A DNA stretch of 64,000 bases from Fistulifera solaris (taxonomy: Eukaryota): contig AP026125.1 in NCBI GenBank assembly GCA_030295235.1, forward strand, positions 1,054,001 through 1,118,000. The letters are read 5' to 3'. A program made the translations under genes and the position numbers. Shown piece by piece: positions 24,712 through 37,154 of this stretch. A model generated the notes under the pieces. It saw only the letters and a program-made list of their open reading frames with translations, was not told where the DNA came from and ran no database searches. Position 1 is the stretch's first letter; every line of letters begins with the position of its first letter.

Positions 24712-25792
24712 GATGTCGGTTGGGCTTTCCTTTTATCAACTTATCTGCACAGGTAGCGTTGTTCAAAGAATGAATCTAAAAATATTTCTTTCTAGAGAGA
24801 CTACGACGGTGGCAGGGTAACGAGTTTCATGTTTTCGTGTAAAAAAATTGGAAGATCGCGTCCGCAAATAATACTCAGTGTCACTCTGGTTCTCAACTGC
24901 CTATGTAATAAATGACGGCTGACTGACGGACGGTCAAAATTTCAACGCCATCTTCAAATCTGTCCGCTGATGCAATGGAATGATTTCAATCAAAAGATAA
25001 TGAATTACCGGTTTGAACAGGATTCGAACCTGCGAAGGCACAGCCCATTAGCTTTCAAGGCTAACTCCTTAGCCACTCGGACATCAAACCAATGACGGGT
25101 TAAAAAGCAAGTCTCAAAACATAGCATCAAAATAGCGAACGAAATCGTCCGTTGCGAGTTTTTGACCCGATGCGTTGCGTTTTCACGAGAAATCAAATCG
25201 ATGATAAAGTCGGAAGCTAAGCTGTATGCTCCTCTTCGAATGCTGTGCTATGAGAAGAGCGAAAACCTCTTTGTTGGAAAGAATATGGTTGATTGTAGGC
25301 TTTGAACGGGGCTCACAAAATCGTATTGTTGTTGAAAATCAAAAGCACAAGAAGAGAGGGCTATGACCCAGCAGAACGCCAGAATGGTCCGGTAGGATTC
25401 CTGCTTTGCTCAAGCGCCCTTCAAGCCTTCCACGTCAACGGCCACAACGACAAGCTCGTTTTTGAAGAAACAAGTTGCGAAACGGAGTGATGGCTTGAGC
25501 GGACAAGATTTTTATCGGCGCAGAAGGGCGATTTTTCTCGAAAGGGAATTGGATATTGCAGAACGAAGCCTCTCATTGATATATGAGGCAATGTCAGTGG
25601 TTCAACTAATGGCGAAAGAAAATCGGGCAATAAAGCATTTGAAGTGTGCTAAGTGCTTTGACGTGGCTCGCAAAGCCGTCAAGCGTATCAGATCGAGAGT
25701 AGACACAATCGATTCTGCGACAAGAATAATGTGTTGTAGTGGGATCATCTACCGGTAAAAGGAAACCGGGGTGAAGTATTGACACGGAGTAA

Positions 25793-28429
25793 ACGTTCGC
25801 AAAGGTACGGCTGAAACTCTCTGCAAACACGAAAAACCGTGCATCAACAGGCAACTCTATTTCTGATCTTCGATCCCTCTTCAATGAAATCGCCATTCAT
25901 GATTACAGTTCTACGTCCGACTTTGTCGAATTTAAGTGTAATGCTGTTGCCATTGAAGCGGAAGCCGCGTCCTTTTCCAATCCGGTCGCATCCTCGCGCG
26001 CTGCTGCCGCCGAGACCATTCATGATTCGAGTTCTGGGGTCGCCGATGTTGATGCCGTGCTTATCTGCGAAGACGAGGCCGCCACTGACCAGGATTCGAT
26101 CGTTGACACTGATTCAGAGTCATCCGACGATGACGAGCCTATGGAAGATCTCGATTTGCAGGACTGCAAACTACCCGATCTGGCGACCAAGTTTATACCG
26201 TCGATACCCTAAGAAGATCCACGAACGTTTGACGCCTACGATCCGAAGAACAAAAAGTGTTATCCACATGGTGTGAAGTTTGACAACGTACCCAGGCCCC
26301 CCGCACCCAAGCCCTTGTACGAGGCGTTTTTGAAAGACGCCGAGCTTTCCAACCAAGAGGGTACAGTCTTTCGGAATCCAACGGGTACTTTTTATCTCGA
26401 TACGGGTCTTATGCATTCTTTGCAGAATGATGAGAAGTTGCGCACAGTCCCACGTCATATTCAAGCCATTCTGAGAACGAACCGGACGAAGCTTGTGCCT
26501 GGACAGTGTCTTCGAGTGTCGCAGACCGATGAATTCACGCCCTTGTGGGGAGGTCGACAGCCAGGATCGCACGGCGACGTCGATGATGATACTTTCCTAT
26601 ATATTGCAGAGAACAGGACCATTCATTATGGAGTGAAATATTACGTGAGTTACTTAGGTTTGGTTGTATCAAGCCTTCACCGGTGGATGACTCGAAAGAA
26701 AGCGGTGAAGCATCTAAACGCTGGAACAGGCGTGGTCATCGGTTATCTGGCTTACAAGAACAAACATGGCCGAATTATTCGTCTCTGGTGCGTCGTGAAT
26801 TACAACTTGCTATTGGCTGGCCTGAACCCGGAGAACTATCGGTACGTCAATGTGGCCGATGAAGACTGCAGCGATACGCGGTACAAAGTTGCAGTGGCGG
26901 CCTTTATTGCTGGGGCGTATGATGGAGTGCGGCCATCAACTGACCCTGTTGTCCATCATATGGGCGACCGATTCAACAACAATAAGGAACTGTTAATATG
27001 GATGACGCAACAGGAGAATATGCTGAAAGAAAACCGCACCCCAGGGTAAGTTAACCAAGTTTGTGATACCACTAGGAACCGCTAACAAGCCGATTCTTTT
27101 TTTCTGTTTCAAGGTACGATTCAAGCCTGCGAGAGTCGACGGAAACTCTGGAAATCAAGTACAAGAATCTCTCAGACGAGGAAGAATGGTTGCCGCATCC
27201 ATTTCTCCCCGTTATGATCAATCGGCGCGGTGATCACTGTTTCTGTATACCGACTGGGTCCTTCCTCCCTATCACTATCATCACGTACAAGCTATGGAAC
27301 GAGAATGCTAAAGTCCAGCTTGTCAAAGTCATGATAACCGTTTGCGGGGAAACGTATGTTTTTTACCAACTCGTGCTGGAGTGCAAGCTGCAAGACTTGT
27401 TGACTGACCAAGAAATAGTCGATCATGAAGACCGTTACCGAAAGAACAAACACATGGATAATCTGCACGCTGTTTCATCGTTTGAGAGTGCTAACAACAA
27501 GTCCACAACGACCAAGTATCGCCAAGATGGAACAATGCGCGGTGTGTACTTTAAGGAGGGAGAATTCTACATGGCACAGTTCTCCGATTACGATGTCTTC
27601 AAGACGAAGTTACGCGCACGCATGCGCCGTCGCTATTTTTGCTTTTATCAATACGGCGGTCCTGAAAACGAGTTACGGTGTGCAATGGAGTTTCGAGAAC
27701 AAAAGATGAAGGAAAACGCGGAGTTTCGGAAGAAATTCAGTTTGCAGCATCGTGGGAGGTCGTAAGATGGAAATCCACTTGAGGCCGTTTCCACAAACTC
27801 TTTCAGACGCAAGTCTCCAAACAGCGATGGCTTGGAAAGTAAGCGATTCGTACGTGACTACTCCGGCATGGATTGCGAAGCCGCGAAACAGAAAAAGAAA
27901 GAAGTCTGGGAAGAAGGAGCCCGTCTTTGGACTCAGCGGGTACAATTGAACTCGACTCGCACGGAAGCTGACCGCTTTCATGGTCACTATAAAGCGGAGG
28001 AATGTGCAAGATTACCGGATCTGAAACATCATTGCGAGGAATATCTCATTGCTACTACTGAACGTTCAAAGAAAGATGAGGTCTTAAATGACTACCGTCA
28101 CCTGAAAGACCACTATCGGAAGAAGCTTGCAAAGCAGAAGCCAAAACCCAAGCGAAAACCTCAGAACGCCCCTGGGAAGAAACGATATTTACGTAATTAT
28201 TCAGGTATGGATCCCGAAACCAAGAAACGGCATCCAGCGCAGAATTTTGAACAGGGATCGTGCCGAAGCCGACCAGTTCCATGGCACTTTCAAGGCGGAG
28301 GAATGTGCAACGAGGCCTGATCTGAAGCATTACGGAGAAGAATATCTTCGCGATACCACCGATGCTGATGACGTAGAAGGAGTTCTTGAAAAGTATCGAC
28401 GCTTGAAGCAGCAGTATCAAGCAGCGTAG
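25793..28429 (+). pseudogene. NUMOD4-like/HNH-NUMOD4-like/HNH-AP2 homing-endonuclease-like gene with duplicated C-terminal domain; in-frame TAA at 26210, introns 27046-27113 and probably 27762-27806, frameshift near 28230; start uncertain
   Basis: YYVSYLG; YKVAVAAFI...VVHHMGDRFNNNKELLIWMTQQEN; EEWLPHPF; YQLVLE...IVDHEDRYRKNKHMDNLHAV; RGVYF...YMAQF...RRYFCFYQYGG..ELRCAMEFR. Both splices restore the frame. Confidence 0.75.
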
Positions 28430-28684
28430 AAACCTGATGATCCTTTTGTCAAACTCTGAAAAGTTTGCATGGTGAAGTTATCTATTGTAGCCGCTCTCAG
28501 CCTAATTTTTAGTTTAGAAACTGCAAAGATGAGTACTTCGTAGTAGACATCATCGCTTTGGCGGCGATAGCCTACAATAACGCAATCACCAACAGATGTT
28601 ACTAAAACACATAGAATGAAAAGCTCATACCAATTGTACTGAAACATCATTTATAGTTTTAAACATTCATAAGATACTAAACAA

Positions 28685-28707
28685 ACACAGTTCCGAAAGA
28701 ACTGTGT
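28685..28707. other. Perfect 9-bp-stem hairpin ACACAGTTC-CGAAA-GAACTGTGT
   Basis: Direct inspection. It lies between the HNH-AP2 gene and the allantoicase stop. Confidence 0.8.
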
Positions 28708-28733
28708 CGAAAAATTGTGGCGTTCAAGTCAAA

Positions 28734-30083
28734 TTACTGACGATCGCCGGGTTGTCCATAAACGCGGACTCGAGAGAGTCCCCCATCCGGGTAGATGGAT
28801 ACTCGAATGTGAGAGACAAAGCGTTCATTATTCACAATCTGATGCGAATCAAAGACGTGTTCCGAATCGGGTGCCATGCGGCATCGCGGAACCAGAGGAA
28901 ACCATTCGATTTCACACTCCTGAAACTCCGTAGTCTCGGCGAAACAGCCTTCTACTTTCACAGACTCGGGGTAGTTGCCCCGAAAATGTTTCGTATCAAG
29001 GATGATGCGTTTAATACCGCCTTCGGCAATGCTGCCAAGCTTGATAATGCACCAGTCGGACAAAGGGGAATCGACGAGGCTTGTGTTCGGGTCCTTCACG
29101 AGAATAGAAGGTCGATTAGGGTGACGAGCAGTTTCCCAGCCATCGCCCATATCCTTACCTAAGCTGTACTGAATGAGATTCCAAGGATCGCCGTAGTGCT
29201 TGTTAGAACAGGTGAGGCCCATTCCGCCATTCACTTCCGATGAAAGCTCGGGATACTCGAACGGCTGTCGTGAAGGAATGATTGCCTCTTTGTGGGATAC
29301 CACCGTGCATCGAGTACCCGTCTTGATCGGAACGTAAGCCGGGCGGCCACGAGGCTTCGGAGTCTCCAACGGGATACCCCAGAATCGCATTCTGGCGATC
29401 CCTCCATCTGGATAGTAGTTGATTCGAACGTGTGAAGCTTCCACTGGGACGCTTAGAGTGAAGTAATGCAACCGCGTTTCATCGTAACCTGGAAGAAGGT
29501 TCGTCTTGGGAAGAATTTCTGCCCATGTGACGCCGCTGACGCCGCTGCAAGCCTCTTCCGCTTGTTGCACTTCCGCGGGGGACGCTCCCGTTCCCTGAAC
29601 GCAACCATGAAGGAGGCGCTCCAGAGCCCCGGGAAATCGAGTCACCATGGCAACCTCATCGGTATGAGTGAGGTCAGCCACTTGCAAACTAATGGCGGGT
29701 ACATGGTTGCCTGTGAAGAAAGCAGTGTCAACTTCAATCCCATAGATTTTCGTTCGTTGAGCAAGTCTTACAATCGACCAATCATGACCTTCCTCTCGGC
29801 GTCTTCGAGTCTCCCAGCCGTCCATGACCTTGCCTTGCTCGCAGTATTCATCCGGATCAAAGACCGGAGGCCCATCTTTCAAGAGATTATCCGCCGTAGC
29901 AAACCATTCGTCCGTTGCGAAAAGAATACGAGCTCCACTTTTGGAGCTAGCGGCGTTCACGTAACCCTGCTGCTCGAAGGATGAGACTTGATTTTCTTCT
30001 TTGACTCCGGATACATCCACAAAGTTGTCCAGGTCATTTACACCGGTGATACTAGGGGAATGAGAGAGGAGAGTGGCAGTCAT
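28734..30083 (-). CDS. ALLC: Allantoicase
   Basis: Two allantoicase repeats: MDGWETRRRR/MGDGWETAR, DTAFFTGN/DTKHFRGNYP, YPDGGIAR/YPDGGLSR. Confidence 0.97.
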   Translation of the reverse strand: MTATLLSHSPSITGVNDLDNFVDVSGVKEENQVSSFEQQGYVNAASSKSGARILFATDEWFATADNLLKDGPPVFDPDEYCEQGKVMDGWETRRRREEGHDWSIVRLAQRTKIYGIEVDTAFFTGNHVPAISLQVADLTHTDEVAMVTRFPGALERLLHGCVQGTGASPAEVQQAEEACSGVSGVTWAEILPKTNLLPGYDETRLHYFTLSVPVEASHVRINYYPDGGIARMRFWGIPLETPKPRGRPAYVPIKTGTRCTVVSHKEAIIPSRQPFEYPELSSEVNGGMGLTCSNKHYGDPWNLIQYSLGKDMGDGWETARHPNRPSILVKDPNTSLVDSPLSDWCIIKLGSIAEGGIKRIILDTKHFRGNYPESVKVEGCFAETTEFQECEIEWFPLVPRCRMAPDSEHVFDSHQIVNNERFVSHIRVSIYPDGGLSRVRVYGQPGDRQ

Positions 30084-31382
30084 CAACAGATGAGAAGTGT
30101 AAACGTGTGTTGTGTTCTTGCTTGAATTGAAAGAGAAGAAGCTGCGTAGACTTCCGTTTTATGAGTGCGTTTGGAGCTGAGGAAATTTCAACGATCGCAT
30201 TCGCCTCGGTGCGGGTGTGTGAAGAATTAGTGCGAAGGAGAACTCAGAACATGGTCGCGAACAAAGAATTCTTTCCAGTTCAATCGGCATGCTGGCTCGC
30301 AGGAACGCGGAGTCGCACATTTAAATCGATTTGATTGGTCCAAACGAGAAACGCAACGAATTCACTCGTCCGTGTCCTACATGTTTCTCTATAGTAGCAG
30401 ACATACGAATGAAAAGACCGTTTTCACTTGTCCCGAAGGCAACAAAACTCCCGATTCCCAACAAAAAGACCGAAGCAAAACGCTTACGTTCGGAGGGAGT
30501 TTGGCATTCAAAAACCTTTTGAAAATGAGCGGTGGAGAGCGAACGAGGGCATCCGGTATACGTAATTAGAGCATGCTACGTGGCATAACGTGTTGCTCTT
30601 CAAAAATATTGCGCGAAATAGATGACGTAGGCTGGAGTCATCGCGGTCATCGTCAGTCGTCAGTTCAGAAAACTAATGCCGTGTTAATAACGTTTTTTTA
30701 TAAAAAAATATAATACTCAGTCGACGCACACGAAACAAAGATTAGTCGGCCTTCCTTTTCAAACATAAGCAAGACGTTAATGATAGACTAGAACTATCCC
30801 TCTAGTTTCAGAGATCTAGTTTTCTAGAGGGCCGCATCCTACGCGCCTCAGAACCTGAATCCACGAGAGAAGCAAACGATTTGTAAGGATTATCGTCGTA
30901 AACGATCAAGTAAAAGAATGCGAGTGTCCGTAGTCCTTCATACCGATGATATTCGCTTTTATAGAGCGATATAATATGTACTTTGAGACTTCGCGGTAAG
31001 AGAAGAATCGTCGTCCAGGTTCATGACTGAAATCCAGTCGTTGACTTGTCTAGAGCCTGCACGTCAGTAATGAAAATTTCGTAATGCCTTGCGAGTAGTC
31101 TATGTAGGGTAAATAGCAAATTTTTCCAATTTAGCACATTCCTACGCAAAGCTTAATTTATATCGGAAACCATACAGTCGAAAGTTTATCATTTTGGCTT
31201 GGGGGTCTGTATTAGGGTGGTTGTGCTGAGATAATTCATTCGCACCGTGTGTCTAGTTTAAACAATTACGCGCCGTGATATCCTAGTACCTTCACTTAAT
31301 TTAAATTATTTAAAAAACACAATGATCTCTTAATTGACTGCCTAAAACTCAGGTTAGTGAAATTGATCTTCTTTCGCTGAAA

Positions 31383-32434
31383 CTAACGTCCAAGGACCGG
31401 CGCCCCCTTAAACCATCGTCGAATGGTATAAACTTGATATCCAGTAACCAGCATGAAAAGAATCGTTTCCATTAAAGAGTTGAGAGCCATACGGGAATGC
31501 GAATGTTCGTTCGTCGCGGCATGGACAGCCAGTCGGAGACGTTCTTGACTCTGTTTGGTCTGAATGTCATTTAGCAGTTTGCGCAGTTCTTTGAGTTGCG
31601 TACGAGTTGCCTGGAAGTCCTTGTCCTTAATGCCTTCTATCGCGGCAGTGTCTTGGTCCATGGCTTTTTCCTCTTCTTCCATTATTCTTTGTTGATTGGT
31701 CATGACGTGCCCGTCCTCATCCAATCCGCCAAGCTCGCTTTCTTTGCGCAAATCAATTTCGGCCGTGATTTGATTAAACGACGCTTTTACACAGAAACGG
31801 TACCATCCAGCAAGAGGCGCCTGAATGGTACGAAGGTACGGCTCTGCTTCGGTTTGCACCTTTTTCTTTTGCTTTCGAGCGTGCATCTCTTTTTGATGCC
31901 GTGCTTCCAGAATTTTTCTCCGTTCTTCCGCACGACGCGTCTTTCGCTCTTCTGCCGTCTCGCCCGGCACAGACTCCAACACGGGGTCTTCAAATTCCGG
32001 TTCCCCTAAATTCAAATGCTCAAAATCCACTTCACCGGAAACATCCAGACTCCCTTTGGGCCGTCTTCCTTGATCGAAGGCATCAATGCCGTCTTGTAAC
32101 GCCATCCCCGAAACGACGGCAGCATCCGCTACAGGACCGCTGATTTCTACCGTAGCCCGCAATGATTTTCCGGAAAGCACAAAAAGCGAAAAGGTGGCCG
32201 CCTCGCTAAAACGATTGCGCAGAAAGATACGGCGAAATCCGATGAGTGCGATGTTACATGAGAATTTTGTGACACGCATATGAGAATTTAAAGAAATAAA
32301 CAAGTGATTCATTACCTTTCTTCGAGCTTTTCATACAAACACTCGGATGATCGTTGATTAATAAGGAACTGAAGAGGAAGCGCATGACAAATAGCAAGCA
32401 ACAGAGCGAATCTTGATGCTATAAATAAAACCAT
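31383..32434 (-). CDS. emp24/gp25L/p24 (GOLD) cargo receptor; intron 32206-32315
   Basis: Signal peptide MVLFIASRFALLLAICHA, ECLYE, GWYRFC, coiled coil, NEHSHSRM, TM GYQVYTIRRWF. Confidence 0.85.
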
Positions 32435-32827
32435 TTTTATTATCTTTTGCGCCGTAGGTAGGAAGGAAAGGATGCCTCAAGGTTACTGTACTTGTCACTG
32501 CAATGTCTTTTGAATCATACACTCCCGTGCTCTTCTTTGATTGTTTGATAAAGTGCAACCGATGCGTCCATGTCCATGGTCGTTGTCGCGCCGGTGATTT
32601 TTATTGCGGTCGGTCGTAAAACCACAAACCAGAAAGGCATCGTACCGGTTTTGATGAACCCGAAATCAATCGCGGATCGTCTCGCTCTCGACTCTCGAGC
32701 GCAATAAACGTGGAAACGCAATAAAAAACTCACAGCATTTTTTTTTCATCCAAGAAGCGACGAATGAATCATCATCATGACCAGGTAACTGACGAACATT
32801 GATTATCGAACAACGTGAGTCAAGTAT

Positions 32828-34286
32828 ATGTTGGGAGAAACGACGCAGAGAGGCGACATGGCAGCGCTGCATCAGCAGTCAAGAGAAGACGATGAAGAAT
32901 CACTTGTACAACGAGATGAATCTACCGAAGAATCTAGCAACCCGTCGAAAATACCCGTACATGCCGACCGCTGGCGTGTCTTATTCTCCTTTGCAGTACT
33001 CTCCATGTCAAGTGCATGGATCTGGATTACGTGGTCTCCGATTGTACGACCAGCAGCCGCTTTTTGGAATGTTCCTTTGGGTCATGTCGATGCATTGGCG
33101 GGCATCTATTTGTACGTCTATGTCCCCTGTTCCTTTCTATCACTCTATCTTGTGGTCAACTGTCTCGGCCTTTACAATGGCTTACTCGTCGGGGCCGTGT
33201 TTAATGTGACGGGTGCAGTGATACGGTGGGCATGTCTTCGATCGTATCAGATGGTCTATATCGGCACCTTGCTTTGCGCCGTAGCGCAGACTTTCACGCT
33301 TTCGACTCCACCACTCATTGCTGCTCGATGGTTTGGTAACTCGGAACGAGCTACCGCCACAGGCCTCGGAGTCTTGGCGAACCAACTCGGTACAGCCGTG
33401 GGTCTCGGAGCTACCATTGTTGTCGATTTCGCAGCGACAGACGACAAAACGTCCTCCTTTCTGTTAGACGAGTCCAAGCTACGTACTTATTTGGGTCTGC
33501 AAGCTGTCGTAGCGATGACTGCTATTGTATTGATTTCTGTATTTGGAAGTGAAGAACCACCAGCGACACAAGACGGTGGCGTAGAGACTCACCAAACGGA
33601 ACCAACTCAAACGGAACAATCGTTATTGGTCACGTCTCAATCACCTCAAGAGAAAAACAACCGTCTCAACAATCGACCGAAGTATATCGAGTCCGTGGGG
33701 CGAGTCTTTTCCAGTCCCAATAACATTGCCTACATGCTGTCGTTCGGCATGGCAGTCGGAGTATTTTATACCATTCCAGCATTTATCAGCCAGATGACAC
33801 CGCTCTCGTGGTCCCCTCGAAGCAATGGCTGGTTGGGCGTGTTTTACCAGGTCGTCGGAGCTTACGCCTCCTTTCAAACTGGTCGCATTGTGGATGCCAG
33901 TCAACAGCATCGCAGGGTATGTTTGACACTGTTATCGGTCGCTAGCTTTTCGCTGGTCGCTCTTCTCTTTACGCAAACATTGCTCAAAACTGAAACATGG
34001 GAGAAAGATGCGGTCGTCTTTATTTTGATCTCGTTAGTTGGGTCTTCGTTGGCTTCATGGAACTCGGTCGGGCTGGAACTCGGGACTGGTATATGCCACC
34101 CTGCCAACGAGGCTGCGGTCGGGGGCGTGCTCGAGGCCGCGGCTGAGCTTTTGGTTTCCTTTGGGTCTTATTGGGGGCCAACTGATTGAGACCCCGATAA
34201 TGTTTTTGGCTCTTCTGGCGGGTGTGATATCAGTCGCCGGTATGATTCTATCAAACCTAGATACAAGAATGAAGCGACCGTTATGA
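32828..34286 (+). CDS. MFS transporter, FLVCR/SLC49-like; homopolymer indels near 34150 and 34175
   Basis: RWRVL, WITWSPI, PPLIAARWFGNSERATATGLGVLANQLG, about 12 TM segments. Confidence 0.88.
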
Positions 34287-34499
34287 GATTGATTTCATCC
34301 GTAGTCAACGAATTTGAAACATCGTTTTCATCTTAGGCGATAGTCGAACATCAAACACCGCCCCCTCCAGAGACTCTAGCCTACGGAATCGCACTTTCAA
34401 GCCAAATGTGCAAGTTCCCTTTATCCATTTTTACATGCGATAAATCAAATCAATCTGTAGATGATCTATAGGCGGTGATGTATAGATGAACTCGATCTA

Positions 34500-35282
34500 T
34501 CATAACAGGTGTACTGAATTTACTTCCATCATACCAGGCTCGCTACAATGACTGGCCACGACAGACATACTTTTGACTTCCGCGAAGACTGGAAATTGAC
34601 GGGCTTAATCCAAGTCCTTGCACTTCTCCCGCATTTCTCCTCGTACCACTAGATACTGCCACAACCAGCCCTTGATGCCATCGTAAAACAATTGACAGTC
34701 TCCTTCGTTTCGGTCTACGATGATAAGACCCGGCCATCCGATTCTCATGAATCCTGTCAATCTTACGAGCTAATCCAGAATATCCGCTCGCTTGCGCTTG
34801 GAAGTAAGGTGATGCGAGTAAACGAGTTTTCGACACAGACAAGCATGTGAATCTCGAGCGTCCGGGGTAACATGATCATCATCCTCACTCGCTTCTCTGT
34901 GCGCATCTTCGTTCATCCACTTGTCTTCATTCTCGTGCATCCATTCCTCAACAGCGTTCAAGACAGCATAGAGAGCTTCTTCGCCTGGTAAAGATGCTGC
35001 TACTTGTTGAAATACTTTATGTAAAGCTGGTTGTAGCTGAAAAGCAACTTTGCGGTCGATTGTATTCTCCTCATCCACTTTCAATTCAATTTGCAATATC
35101 TCTCCTTCACCGGGTTACTGCCTAGGCAAAAATAAGCACAAAAGCCACGCCGGAGGACCGGCTTTCAAAGAGCGATGTACAGTAACAAGTCATCCTTCCT
35201 TCGAGCAGCAGGCTTCGGTCCGTTCGTAAACGGCTTTGACAAATAATTCGAGTCCATTTTCTTGTCGTATTCTATCATTCAT
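34500..35282 (-). pseudogene. RWD-domain / RWDD2 (DUF1115)-like gene with several frameshifts and an in-frame TAA at 34605-34607
   Basis: GEEALYAVL, RKLVYSHHLTSKRKR, IGWPGLII and WQYLVVRGE are spread over different frames. Confidence 0.6.
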
Positions 35283-35974
35283 TATTTGACTGGTAGATAT
35301 ACTTTAGCGCATGAACAGCGCGTTGACGCCGAATGAATAAATCACTCCATTCTTGAAGGAACGTTGTCGATGTTATTTGCTGCTTGCATCACAGATCACA
35401 AGGCCAATGTTTCCTTTTCATGGCGGCAACCCGCCACATAACCACAACCGCATCATCGCGTCGCGTCGTCGCGTCTCATCCGCTTTCACAAAAGCTCTGC
35501 ATGCTGACGTCGACTATAGATAAGATAGTATGAACAATATGAGTCACGGTCATGCAGTTTGATCACGAGTCTGAAAGAGGGTCCAGTCTGTCCGTGCGTC
35601 CTGAGCGACATTTTTCATACACGCTCCGACATGTCGCATTCTGAAAGTACCGCTCCGAGCACTAGACTACTTATATAGGTTATATCATCAGAATGCCTAC
35701 TTTACTATCCTAGTGTAGAAATCCGTGATTTTTTGCTCCCAAAATGCAAGGGGGTTGCCCATGATTTTTGGCTCGATTTTACCATAGATACATAGTACCG
35801 TAAGTGAATGTTTTTGTTGCCCAATCTTCAAACAAAACGTCCCTCGTAACCTTTTCTTTATCTCCTTCATAGAAAAAGCCGAGAACTCTGCTGTTTTGTC
35901 GACGCTTCGAGTGAGTCGATCGTCGTCCCCGCACAGCACGTCATCTGACCACGTTTTGTCAAGGCATTTCGTTT

Positions 35975-37061
35975 TTGTATTGGCGTCCACGTGCGATGAA
36001 AAGGACATCTGACGAGAAATCCGCTTCATTTCCTTATCGAGATTGTTACCACTTGTTTGCAAGCCACACGACGTATCATTGTGCATTGAACGGTTGCGTT
36101 CCGTGCGCGTACAAGATTGGATGCTTTGATGTTGCGTTGGATAAAGAATTCTGTAAAGCCGCACCAAATCAACGACCCGAGCAGTGTCCTCGGTCTTTGA
36201 GCGAAAAGGGAGAATCGGGAACGCTGGGATATCAGAAGGGGATGAAAATTTTGACCGTTGGGGATGGTGATTTTTCATTTAGTTTAGCACTGGCTCGCAT
36301 CATATCAGGGAATGGTTTAATAGCAACGTCGTATGAATCTAAACAAACATTGATGCAGGTTTACCCTCAAATTGAAGTCACCATGGCCGAACTGGAGAGT
36401 TTGGGTGCAATACTGCACTTTCAGGTGGATGCAACGCGCATACGAGAGACGCTAGATACTGCGAGACCGGGTCTTTACGACCGGATCGTCTGGAATTTCC
36501 CCCTGTCAAGCAGTTGCCAAAGGACGAGACGGACAGAATGAAGAAATGGAGAACAACAAGAAGCTTGTTGCGGATTTCGTTTCTAATGCGAAAGGGCTAA
36601 TGGTGAGAAAAGGTGGACAAATTCATATCAATCACAAAACCAAGGTATGGGAAATGTCAAGGTTGAATTGATTGCTTTCCAATCGTTGCTCATTTTTCTT
36701 TCATCAGCCTCCCTTTAACCAATGGAAAATAGAGGATGTGGTAACGGCATCGTCTACAGACGCTCCTCAACTACACTATTACGGGCGAATTTGTTTCGAT
36801 CGTTGTTTGTTTCCACCATATATACCCCGCAAAGCCTTGGATAAGAAAAGTTTTCCCGTGCACGATGCCTGTACATATATTTTCGGTTTAGACGGTCAAA
36901 GCAATCCTTTATCCGACTCGGTTCACGAATGGGAAGGCTCACAAAATTCAAGCTTGCTTATTAAGGTGAATGAGGAAAGCATCTCGCATATTCGACAATC
37001 CATTCTAACTAGAAAAGACGTTTCCAATCGCATTCATAAGCGGCTAAAGTCAAGATATTAA
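35975..37061 (+). CDS. Bmt5-like 25S rRNA m3U methyltransferase (DUF2431); extra C at 36499-36503, intron 36645-36708
   Basis: ILTVGDGDFSFSLAL, ATSYES, VDATR, DRIVWNFP, HK.KPPFNQW. Confidence 0.85.
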
Positions 37062-37154
37062 TCTCTTTTTAACAAGTATGCCTCCAGTTCTCGGTCTGTC
37101 TTAGCTGGACTTTCGTTTCGATTGCGACATAAAGTCAAGTTGTTCTCCTTGCCA

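Noticed and set aside
25302..25758. Short ORFs upstream of the HNH-AP2 gene
   Set aside because: Interrupted by stops with no recognisable motif, and could not be spliced convincingly to the downstream frame.
24935..28720. Possible TIRs (TTCAACGCCA / TGGCGTTCAA) around the HNH-AP2 gene
   Set aside because: Only 9 of 10 bp match and no TSD is visible, so it is not distinguishable from chance.
30798..30870. CCCTCTAG/CTAGAGGG stem and GAACCTGA, resembling a TPP riboswitch
   Set aside because: It lacks the CUGAGA element and has no thiamine-related gene nearby.
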